A stretch of 64,000 nucleotides of DNA from positions 6,200,001 through 6,264,000 of the forward strand of contig CM106586.1 in the NCBI GenBank assembly GCA_048013815.1, read 5' to 3'. This document shows, in pieces, positions 26,002 to 36,875 of the stretch. Source of the stretch: Setoptus koraiensis (lineage: Eukaryota; Animalia; Arthropoda). The notes beneath the pieces are model-generated. The model did not search any database and was not told the DNA's origin. It was given only the letters and a program-made list of their open reading frames with translations. Made by a program: the position numbers and the translations under genes. Every line of letters begins with the position of its first letter. Position 1 is the stretch's first letter.

Positions 26002-26477
26002 TCGGCCCCTCCAGTATCTCATCATCTCTTCGATCCAATTCACCTGGCGATACTCCTTTCAACTGTTACGATAAATATACGTCTGATCGCGGCTCATCTC
26101 ATAATTCAACAAATTCAATTTTCGCACACAAAGTTTTGTTGACAATCGGGCCTATCTGCCATTTGCATTTGACAACTTAAGCACAGGCAGTTACAAGGGC
26201 AACATCGCATCCATTGGAGCCGTAACGCCTGACAAACCCTATCCGCCCTTTGCTATAAGTAGAAGAAAAAGATATCATTAAATTCATGTGCTAGGATATC
26301 TATCAAAAAAGAATGTTTTCATTCACTTTCGAAGTTTCACGACAGCAAGCTTGAGTTCGATCGGTCCAAAATAAAGTATCAAGCCAATAAATGGGAGTGA
26401 GTCCTCGATAAAATTATAGTAGGCGCATTTATTCAGGTACACAGGAGCTAGATTGTTGATGTGCATTCAATACATAC

Positions 26478-26792
26478 ATGCTGATGGAAAAGGAAACACC
26501 CCAATCCGAGTAAACGTTGTCGAACATTGATTTTTTGTTTTGAATTGCTTGTTCCAGTGGCTCAACAAAGTAATCCAAAGAAGACATACGGGCCATTTCT
26601 AATGGTGTAAATCCAGAAGAATCCTTTATATTGAGATCGGCTCCGGTCCTAAGAAGTAACTTCATGCTCTCGGGTTGATTGTACTTAATACAATAGTGAA
26701 GAGCAGTCTCTCCCAAGACATTCTATCTGTTCAATGTCCGACTATTCTGTAGGATGAAGTCTAAAATGTGTAAGGCACTTTTGGATTCGTGT
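26478..26792 (-). pseudogene. Isolated ankyrin-repeat exon of an ASAP (ArfGAP-ANK-PH)-like gene with a premature stop
   Basis: SALHILDFILQNSRTLNR*NVLGETALHYCIKYNQPESMKLLLRTGA...FTPLEMAR...EQAIQNKKSMFDNV..DW, resembling ASAP LHIVDFLVQN..TALHYC..LKLLLR; bounded by a CAG acceptor and GTATGT donor. Confidence 0.65.
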
Positions 26793-27090
26793 CTGAGATG
26801 AGAGTGAGAAATGCGAGGAAAATTTTCTCCTGCGTGAGGGCATCTCACGTGCAGCCGTACACAGAGTGAGACGTCTCATAATGCGCAAACATTTGTTTAT
26901 GTTTTCAAAATCTGCGCCAACTCCAGTCGCAAATCAGTGCTCCTAACTTGGCCGTTCAACCGCTTTTGACAGGCGATCCAGATTGTCAGACAAAACAGTT
27001 TACATTTTTGCATGTGCCATCACGGCCGTTTGGGCGAAATGTTATATTATTCAGAAACATTATCTTGCATATATTTCAAAGGCCACTCTA

Positions 27091-29817
27091 ATGGGAGTCC
27101 ATGGACTTTGGTCAATCCTGGAATCCACCGGCCACCCAATCAAATTGGAGGCGCTTGAAGGCAGGGTTCTAGGTGTTGACGCAAGCATTTGGTTGTATCA
27201 GTTTCTGCATGGATTCCGCGATCGAGATGACGGCCACAAGCTAGGCTTGTTCAAAAGAATAAGTAAGCTTCTGTTTTACAAGATCAAGCCAGTGTTTGTT
27301 TTCGATGGACCGGCAGCATCATTGAAGAAGCGTACATTGGAGAAACGTCAGGAGCGCCGCAACAAATACTTAACCAAGGCCGGTAAGCTCGGTGAATTGG
27401 ATTTTGAAATGTTCAAATTGGGAGAGAAATTGGAGGAGAAACTGGAAGAGAAATTAGAAGAGAAATTGGAAGTCTCTCCCCTTGAATGTGTTATAGAAGA
27501 GGAACTTGACGAGATACAAGACAATCAGCCTTACCTCGCAGATGAAGATATTGACTCTGAGGACTTCAATAATTTACCCGCCGAATTGAGACACGAAATA
27601 CTCACTAATATAAAAAATGCTAATCGCAGAACTTCAAAAATACTACCCGACGAAGCTAACAGCTTTTCTAGCGCTCAATTAGAGCGACTGAGGAAAAAAA
27701 GATCGGTGCAGGAAAAGATCGAAGAAGCCGAAAGAGATATACGCACATCCATTTCTGGCCACCACAATGACACCTCCATAGTTGAATCGTATCGTGTTCA
27801 CTCGGACCCTACATTACGTATGCTGTATTTAAAAAAGTTCAGTGATCAATCCAAGTCCATTAGGCATGACATAGCTCTGGAATCTGGTAAAGGAGCTGCC
27901 AAACTAGAATGTGAAAAAGAGGAAAAAGTTGATCTCACTCCAATCAAAGCGTCTTTGAAGGAATATCTCAGTTCCGCAGAGAAGCCCGACTATAAACTTA
28001 TCGGAAAAAAATTAGCCAAAAGTGCTGTGAAACTTCAGCCAAAAATTAGCCTATCACCAAAGTTAAGTGATGATGATTCCGATTCAAATGAATCCTTCAT
28101 CTCCGTCGAGGAGCCCCCCACACAAGAAGTCACAAATAACGATGATGAAAATATACAAATTCTTAGTGAAGATGACAGTCAAACTAGCGCCCCGTCAGCG
28201 AGTTGTGATGAAAATTCAAACAAACCCACCACGTCGTCCCGAGTAAATGACCATACTATAATTATCTCCAGCGACGATGAGACTGACGAAGATGGAGCGT
28301 CAGCTGCCGGACTAAAGAGGCCAGTGACTTCGTCTCAACCGACTGAATTGTTGCTGCAAGAACCTAAGAAACAGCTGACTTTGGAGTTAATGGAGGAATT
28401 AAAGCGGAAAGCAAATCGCGGTGAGCGTCAACTGGATGATGCACATGTATCTGATAGTCAAACTAGCGCCCCGTCAGCGAGTTGTGATGAAAATTCAAAC
28501 AAACCCACCACGTCATCTCAAGTAAATGACCTTACTATAGTTATCTCCAGCGATGATGAGACTGACGAAGATGGAGCGTCAGCTGCCGGATTAAAGAGGC
28601 CAGTGATTTCGTCTCAACCGACTGAATTGTCACATCAAGGACCTAAGAAACAGCTGACTTTGGAGTTGATGGAGGAATTAAAGCGGAAAGCCAATCGCGG
28701 TGAGCGTCAACTGGATGATGTATCTGATAGTCAAACAAGCTTCCCGTTAGCAAGTTGTGATGAAAATTCAAACCAACCCAGCACGTCATCCCAAGTAGAT
28801 GCTTCTTCGCAGCCACCCAAACAACTGAACCCAGAGGAACTAGAGGCATTAAAGAAAAAAGTAAATCGTGATGAGCGTCGTGCTAACTCGATGACCGATA
28901 AAATGATCCGCGAAAGCAAAGAACTACTGGAGCTTTGGGGAATTCCGTATATAGTAGCTGCTAGTGAAGCTGAAGCTCAATGTGCAACACTGGAAACACT
29001 CAAACTCACCGAAGGAACAATTACTGACGATAGTGATGTTTGGTTATTCGGTGCCCGTGTAGTGTATAAGAATTTCTTCAGCGATCACAAATATGCTATG
29101 CAGTTCAAGATGACTGATATCGAGCATCATATTAGGCTAGATCGCGAATCGCTAATTTGCATCGCCATGTTAGTTGGTAGCGATTACACCGACGGAATAG
29201 ACATGGTGGGACCTGTCACAGCTTTAGAGATATTGAGTGAATTTCCCGGAAAGAAATTAGAACCTCTGATCGAATTCAAAAAGTGGTGGACTAACTGCAA
29301 GGCTAGTAAAGATAGAATTCCTGGCAATAAAAAGCGCAAAAGTTTCACCAAGTTAAACTTACCTGAGGATTTCCCTAGCTGGGTAGTGTTCGATGGTTAC
29401 AGGCAACCATGTGCAGATGATTCGGATGAACGATTCACATGGGGCATGCCTCAATTAGATGAATTACGCGAATATGCTAGACGAAATTTTGGTTGGGATA
29501 CAAAAAAGATCGACGATTGTTTATTGCCTGTGATGAAAAAAGTCAATGATAAAAGCGCGCAAACAAAAATAGACATGTTTTTCTTCAGAACTGAGGCTAA
29601 CAAAAACCCTTCGCTGTTCCGTAGTAAGCGTGTCAATAAGGCCCTCGAAGGTCTCGCGGACAAAGGTGGGAAAGAATCAACAAAGGCACAAACCAACAAG
29701 AGTAGGAAGAAAGACACCAACGAGGAGAAAAGAGGAACTACTACTAGAGGAGGTCGACGGGGAGGTCGTGGCAAAACTCAGGCCAAAAGTCGAGGAGCAT
29801 TCTCACGTGTGATCTAA
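27091..29817 (+). CDS. ERCC5: XPG/Rad2 structure-specific endonuclease, 908 aa, intronless
   Basis: MGVHGLW, VDASIWLYQF, PVFVFDG, UBM-like DFNNLPAELRHEIL, EAEAQC, TDDSDVWLFG, LVGSDYTDG, PIP box QTKIDMFF. Catalytic acidic residues are intact. Confidence 0.97.
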   Translation: MGVHGLWSILESTGHPIKLEALEGRVLGVDASIWLYQFLHGFRDRDDGHKLGLFKRISKLLFYKIKPVFVFDGPAASLKKRTLEKRQERRNKYLTKAGKLGELDFEMFKLGEKLEEKLEEKLEEKLEVSPLECVIEEELDEIQDNQPYLADEDIDSEDFNNLPAELRHEILTNIKNANRRTSKILPDEANSFSSAQLERLRKKRSVQEKIEEAERDIRTSISGHHNDTSIVESYRVHSDPTLRMLYLKKFSDQSKSIRHDIALESGKGAAKLECEKEEKVDLTPIKASLKEYLSSAEKPDYKLIGKKLAKSAVKLQPKISLSPKLSDDDSDSNESFISVEEPPTQEVTNNDDENIQILSEDDSQTSAPSASCDENSNKPTTSSRVNDHTIIISSDDETDEDGASAAGLKRPVTSSQPTELLLQEPKKQLTLELMEELKRKANRGERQLDDAHVSDSQTSAPSASCDENSNKPTTSSQVNDLTIVISSDDETDEDGASAAGLKRPVISSQPTELSHQGPKKQLTLELMEELKRKANRGERQLDDVSDSQTSFPLASCDENSNQPSTSSQVDASSQPPKQLNPEELEALKKKVNRDERRANSMTDKMIRESKELLELWGIPYIVAASEAEAQCATLETLKLTEGTITDDSDVWLFGARVVYKNFFSDHKYAMQFKMTDIEHHIRLDRESLICIAMLVGSDYTDGIDMVGPVTALEILSEFPGKKLEPLIEFKKWWTNCKASKDRIPGNKKRKSFTKLNLPEDFPSWVVFDGYRQPCADDSDERFTWGMPQLDELREYARRNFGWDTKKIDDCLLPVMKKVNDKSAQTKIDMFFFRTEANKNPSLFRSKRVNKALEGLADKGGKESTKAQTNKSRKKDTNEEKRGTTTRGGRRGGRGKTQAKSRGAFSRVI
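28174..28810 (+). repeat. In-frame tandem repeat within the XPG spacer (279 and 273 nt units plus a partial third)
   Basis: DSQTSAPSASCDENSNKPTTSS...ISSDDETDEDGASAAGLKRPV...KKQLTLELMEELKRKANRGERQLDD; units start at 28174, 28453 and 28726. Confidence 0.97.
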
Positions 29818-29875
29818 CGTGCGGGCAAACTTTAGACAAAAATGTTAGATGTGATGTATATGGTGCAATTTTATA

Positions 29876-30535
29876 TATGTATATATATTTATATGTTTAG
29901 GTAGATGATAAAACAAGAGACGGCAAAACGATAATAAAAGTGTCGCACACTTACTGCATCGCATATCACACACTGTTGGAGTATAAAGTGTCCCAAATAT
30001 GCACACACCGCAATCGGTTACTCAGGGTACTAGTCGAATAGTAACTTTTGCAGATTCATCATTAACTATAGTTTAATAACTTTTTATTCCATCCTCTCCA
30101 ACGGTCGAGCAATTTCCCTGAAGCGGCCAGCGCAAACAGCATGTGAGAGAGCAGCCATATATCAAATCTTCTCTAATTGCTCCATTAGCTAACATTAGTT
30201 TGTTGTCTTACTTATCAACCGCAGTGGTAGCAGCGAAAACTGCAGTGAGTAATCATTTCGATTTACGAGAAATACAATGTACTAATGAGCGACAACGGGC
30301 GATTCAATCATCATCGACACAGACTTCAACGAGAGGCAACCAATTGTCCTTTTTTGCGTGTGCCCGATCACACCGACCATATCTCACCGAACTCATCACA
30401 CGAACCTTATCATACCGACTAGATTATACCAGTTAGGTCGCACCGCTAATCTCAAAAGCACCTAGACAAACATTGTACACGTGACCAGATCAAACGTGAT
30501 CAATTATGCGTTAATTCGCTGATGTTGTCTTGACT
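29876..30535 (+). repeat. Second copy of the tetraspanin-upstream block, with no tetraspanin ORF after it
   Basis: Matches 22487-23075; carries an ~80-bp insertion at ~29975-30055. Confidence 0.9.
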
Positions 30536-33500
30536 AATGGCACACTTTAGCCAGCAGATGTATCAGCAGATATTCGAGCATATTGAGACATATCAGCTGA
30601 CGAATGGGCAGAGATGGTGATGCGTTTGCTGTTGTTACATTGACAGCTTACGTCAATCAAACCCCCGTCGATATGTGATCCCTCGTATCTGGCTCTCTGG
30701 TCGAAAATCCGACGTCTCATGCAAATCTCAGATGAATCGAAGGTCGAAAACATGTTTATAACATTGTCACTCTGTTAGTTGGGCCAATGGCAGTTGCCTG
30801 GTCAGTAGACATTGATAGCAATAGGCTAGTAACGATGAAATTCGACACCCAGGAGAGGAACATTAAATGTCAATGTAACAACGTTAAGTTTGCTTCCTTT
30901 CCATTGTAGTTCACAATGTTCGTTGGCCTTGTTAGCGTGCTCTCAGACATAGCAGCACCCAATGCTTTTATGCAACTCAGGTGCCCTGACTATAACCTGA
31001 CTATAACCTGACTATAGCCGCCGACTATAGGAAGAACGGAACAGCTACCGACACACACAAATGAGCACCACGAGCAAACAAATCGTTTAATTGCATAACA
31101 TGTCTATATGTCTCGTTCTGTAGCTAACCACCACTAGTCAATGCGAAAAGAGGGCCGCTAAAAGAAGCTACTGTATAGTTTAGGTATGGCTGTTTGCTCT
31201 GTGGTATGCCAACGACGAGCCCTCTCATTAATAGCCTCCAATATGATTAACTTAAATTGCTAAAATTAGATTAGGCCAGAGTTTTAGTATCGAGGCGAAT
31301 GTGACAATTTCGCGTTTGAAATTCGACGAAAAACAAGCAAACAAAATTGTAATTTGACTCCGTGGGTCTTTTAAGTCGGGCGACACAGTTTTCTTGCTTA
31401 CAACATGGTTATTTTCGTAAACAACATGCTGTCTGTCGTGCACTAAGAGGGTAAACCTCTTTCTAGTTATGTATGATTAAAGGTTATTATTAGTTCGTTC
31501 AGTTTATATAGTCCGAATGAACTTATAATATCAAAAGTCGATTACCTGTCTGGCTAACTCTTTTCCCATTCAGTTGCACTAGGAGGTGCTGCTGTATTTT
31601 GACTGACTAGTCAAATTGGAGTTAATGTGGATCAAATAGATTAGTGGGTGGCATCAGTGACGGACGGATGTTGTCCCGAATTGCCATTCGAGGGCCAAAA
31701 AAAAAAACAAACCGATAACAATATCTCTTCGATGCTTCCAACAACTGATTTCAAGTCACTTGCTCAGCAGGTGCAATAGACTGCCTAGAAGCGAGAAACA
31801 GATTTCGATATTTGTACTTTTATCACTGGAACTTTTCACAAAGCCCGATACAAAGTGTGATAAAATAGGAGGAATCTTCCGTTGGAGCCTCATCTCTTTT
31901 TCTCGACTCGATCACTCTTATGAAGTGTGTCAAAATCAGCACACTCCATCGATGGTACCGATTTTGTCCTCGAGTGGCGCTGTGTCTTGGACTGGTGAAC
32001 AGATTGATCGCTCACACTGCGCGCCTGCGTACTGGACCGAACAACCTTGACATGGGCGCCCCACTGCAACTGGGTAGCCCCGTGTGAACAAGTGAAATAA
32101 AAACGCTCCCATGCGGGCCCTACCGGCAGGACATGCTTTTGCGGAGCTGAAGTGAAACTTTTCGCGCACTCGCCGGTACAAGCAGTATCAGTCAATCATA
32201 TTTGTCAGTTTGTCATGCGTTTAGATATCAACCATTTATATCATCATGTATGCTGGCTTTTGCCCACTGATCAATCAGGCCGATAAGAGCGGAAAACACT
32301 ACTGTCGACATGCACAAATGGGATAAAAGTAGCTAGTGACACTGACAAAATTTGTTCAGAGGTGTCGTCGCATGGCGTCGCTTACGAACGTGGCGGAAGT
32401 TGGAGTTTTCACTTGTGCAAGCGCCAACATACACAAGTGATCTATGCGAATTTGGGGCGCCAATGTCGGGTTTACAATGACAGAGGATGAGAGAAACGTG
32501 GGCGATAATAGTCAAGTTTTATACATGTCCGCCTGCCCAATGGCAGTTGGCAAGTTGTTGCGAAGCGTCGTGCTATTATTGCTATTGTGTTATTATTATT
32601 ATTAATAATAATAATAATATTATTGTTGTTGCTGTCGACGTATTTGTTTAAATTATTGACCGTGTCACTTTGATGATAAACAATGGTGAACAAACACAGA
32701 TGATACAACATACACACATGTACTCGAGGCTTATCTCAAGTATCCCAATTAAGATAAGACGCCAGCTGTTGGTGTATCCAGTTGGCAAGTGAGCCGCTTC
32801 TTCGAAAGCAATCGCTAACAATAATAATAAATCCGTCTCTCCCTCTCTCACTATTGCCAGTGATGCTAGTGGTGGTAGTCCTCAATTTGAGCGCTCAGCC
32901 TTGATTGGTCCCTTGATGGTGGTGATATGTTATCGACACTTTGTAAGTCACTTTGTAGCGTGTGTTTACTCTGTTTAGTAATAATCAGTGAGTTTGCATT
33001 GATGTGACGAATGAGACAACTCGATTTAGTCACGATTCTGTCAGCTGCGACTCAATCAATCTGTTCACTTCTCTGTACAATGATTATCAAGGAGAGATTA
33101 CCATTGGCTCACTTTATATAGCCAAAAGTTAACAATTTCAATTTTACTGTATCTAACCGAGCGGAACTCAGGCCAGAGAGACGAATGTTTCGGCGATTGT
33201 TTTCCACTGTGAGTTCCACACTGTCACGTGGATCGGAAACATTCCACAAATATCTGGGATTGAAGGAAAAGATTTCCATTTTGATGATCAGTACCAACAT
33301 GGGTATCAAAATGATGAATGGCTCGTCTCAATGTGCCCATCCAGCACTTTAAGCGAAATCCTTCTTGTGCCACCAAAATGTCATAAAATGCTCACTTGTT
33401 GTGTATGTTATATAGTAACTCTGCGACTTTTGGGAAAAATTCTAAAAAATTGAGAGAAAATCGCGGTAAAAAGAAACTTCTCTACGTCTCGTTGGGCACA

Positions 33501-35401
33501 CCCGAAACAAACTCCTTTTTATCGAGCCAAGACACGAGTTGATGGTCATGTCATAGATCTATAATATTGTTATGTTGTGCATAGTTTATGTCAGTCTCCT
33601 AGAACACTCCAATAAAAGTAAGAATAACTTTTCTATATGAACTTGATGAATTCGTAATGAAGCAAAGATGACGAAGAAAAGAAAATATAACTCCTCTGGC
33701 CCCAACGAATCGCATGCTCACAATTGAAGAAAACCACAACTTGCATTGTACCCTTCGACTATGCATACTGAAATGATTCGTTGGGATCGGTAGATCGTGG
33801 CTTTTTCTCACACATTCCGATTCGTTCATTCGAGAAAGCTTGTGATGTCATGAGTTTGATCTAAATACATATTTGCAATGTGTTATGGGTATCACCAGTA
33901 ACAAATTGTGTAAAAAATAGAAATTGTTTCCACTAGTGACTGATGCGTTGTAAATGTATTAAATTGGCTATGGGTGTTTGGATTATTATCGCTAGTAAAT
34001 GATACCATCTCAGCGCGTAGTGAACAGGTGCCTGTGTGTTAATCTTGATGAGCCGACCATTGATGTTGCTGTCGAGATTGTGTCGCCCAACAATTAATAT
34101 CTGAGCATGGCAAACCAAACTGAAGCTGCCACGCAAGACCCATAATGGATTCCTGCCAGCCTATCTGTAGCTGTAACCATGTCTTTGAAAATAGTTAGTG
34201 TGGTGGCGTGGTTAAATGTAGCCGACAACTGTTGCGACTAGCTCATTGAGTATGCATACTCATACATAGACTCATATTAAATAGTTTGTTTGTCTGTTAA
34301 AAGTAATATATAACTTTTAAACAAACTGGCCCTTCTAGTATCTCCAGTGTCTTCCTCAATTCACTCGCAACGAACGAAATCAATAACGCATCCAACAGAG
34401 GGAGAGAGAGAGAGAGAGAGTGCCTTCGGAGGGTGATGTAACGAGTGGAGCTTTTTTGCTTCCTCAGTATGGATTGCATGGTATGGAATTCACACTGACA
34501 TAAGAGCGAGACAGTGAAAACACACAAGCATTTCTAATTATATTAGACACTTGTTAGTGTATTGGTATAGTACTAATACAATATTAGTATGGTACGGATT
34601 GCCAGATAGACAGGCTTGCAAGTGTTAGAGCAGGCTCGGCAAATCCGGTTTTCAGCCACAAATCACAGATTGAATATCATATCACACCGCGTTTATACTT
34701 TGACAATGCCAGTCTTGTTTATTAGCTTTATGTCAGTGGTTTGTGTGAGTGAGCTGTATCAGCTGTTGCTGTCAAGCTGTTGTTTACAAGTCGGCCGACT
34801 TTTAAATGGGATCGTGTGACTCTCTGTCTGTCTGTCTAATCCAGTTCATTTGGGTAACTTTGACAAAGCAAGCAAATCTGTGCAGTGCAGTTGACAACAG
34901 CGAGAGAGAGAGAGAGAGAGAGAGGTGCCATATTGTGTGCTGGCTGCATCGGCAGCGTCTGGCCCAGGTGAGGGGAAATTTATTGATCACTAATTATGAG
35001 CAGAGCGATATCAAGTTTGTTAGCAAGTGCGTCTCTCTAGATCTCGAGGATACGTTTGATAGGGGGCGCATCTCGCGACAGATTGTGTGCTGGGTGTCGC
35101 TGTTGTTGTTGCTATTGTTTGATTGCAACATGCAACAAATAATTTGGTTAGTAAGTAAATATTTTTGGCTGGTAAGATGACTTATTTACTGTTAGAGTGT
35201 GTTGTTGTGGTGGCCGCGACAACACTTAATCTAGCCAGATACATTGTTGAAATGATTGCAAGTTATGTAAAGTGTCACAACGGGCGCACAAACAAAGAGC
35301 TGGGACGTGTCAACATTATCCATATATTACACATGTACATGTTGCACAATTATGGCATTGATGATACAACAATTCGTCTAGCCAACAATTTGTCTAGCTA
35401 A

Positions 35402-35403
35402 CG

Positions 35404-35436
<33 letters not shown>
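35402..35436 (+). repeat. (AAC)n microsatellite
   Basis: Direct reading. Confidence 0.95.
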
Positions 35437-35437
<1 letters not shown>

Positions 35438-36738
35438 GGCACTGTACTGTATTTTGTTGCTTGCTGCAGCGTGTGCGCATGGGCGCAATCAAACAGCAAC
35501 AGCTGTTGCTGCACAGCGATAAGCAAGTGTCGGGGGGCGAGGTGGCGCTGCTCGCGAGAGGGGAACCAAAGGTAGAGGTACGCTGGTGGTGGCAACAGCG
35601 CACTTATTATTGTATGTGTACATTGTATAGCGAGCATAGCACTAGTAAATTACTAGTAGTTACAGTGTTAGCAGCAGCGATAGCGACTGGTAAGCGAGTC
35701 ACGAGAGCGAGTGAGTCGGCAGATGAGTCACTGGCTTAGGCCCCGCCCGCCGGTGCGTCAATCAATCGAATTGATCATTTTGACGACTCCATTAGCGGGC
35801 TCAAGGCGGCCGACGCCGATATCTTGTCTGGCATCTCTGGTAGTTTGTCAAGTTTGTTGGTGTGATTCGAAAGTGGTTATAGCAGCGACTGCACACACCA
35901 CAATATTCAATATAGTATTTGCAATGCATTACATTGAGCGCAGTTGAAGTGTGTGTGTGTGTGTGTATGCGCTCGCAATGCGCTGATGGCTCGCCGATAA
36001 ATTTAAGTCTCGTGAATAGCGACGACAGCAAGCAGCGATGCTTTTAGCAAAGGTTTGTGCGTATAATGCGCTATAATAGTATACAGAGAGTGTTACAGAT
36101 GATACAGCCAGCGAGCGAGCGACAATATTTGTGCGAGCGTATTCAAGCTTTTTCAATATGTTGTGTGTATAATAACGACAACGTACATGTATATTGTTTT
36201 ATAACTGATACTTGCCAGTATCAACTTGCAACAACCTAACTGAACTGAACGTACAATACACGTCGTATTAGCACGTCGTCGTTAAGCGTACAGGCAGCTA
36301 ACGTAACGCGAGCACGCGTTTCAGTTGATCTCAATTGTTGCTACTGAGCATTCGATCTGAGCACCAGCGAATTGTTGCATTTGCAGTTCGATTTGCCACG
36401 TTCGATTCGCCACGTTCGATCTGAGCACCAGCGAGCCAGTGCGAGGCGCCCATTGTGCGAGGCCGTGTGCGCATTGTGCATCAACAAGCGGGCCAGCGCC
36501 AGTGCCGCCGCCGGCCACACCAACCCAAACGCGCCCGAACATGCCGCCAACAGCTTAGACGCGCCTCGACATGCCACACACTGATATATTATCAATTATT
36601 ATCACAATTATTATTGCAACTCAATCGCTGGGCCAGCAAGCAACAATCACTCAATTAGAATTAGAATCAATTTGCCAACTGTCTCAGCTGAGACAAACCA
36701 GCTGAAATTAATTAATTAATACCGCTCATTAGGCCACC

Positions 36739-36837
36739 ATGATCAAGTCGGGCAAGCGCAACGCGTGCCAGCGCTCTCTGGGCACCGGCACCGACACTCA
36801 GCCACTGCACCACCAACTGCAACAGCCCTACCAACAA

Positions 36838-36875
<38 letters not shown>

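Noticed and set aside
26983-27090. N-terminal extension of XPG in the ORF track
   Set aside because: It begins at a TTG. The family start MGVHGLW is at 27091, and the paralog's ORF begins at the same ATG.
30143-30436. 97-aa ORF in the duplicated block as a conserved micro-gene
   Set aside because: The other copy differs by indels in this stretch and has no matching ORF in the track.
31700-33850. Coding-looking patches at ~31.8-32.2, 33.1-33.4 and 33.6-33.85 kb
   Set aside because: Multiple stops and no family motif recognised; cannot be supported without a search.
30500-36738. Clock-control elements (E-box clusters, RORE) upstream of cyc
   Set aside because: Only scattered single CACGTG sites and no convincing RORE were seen; not above background.
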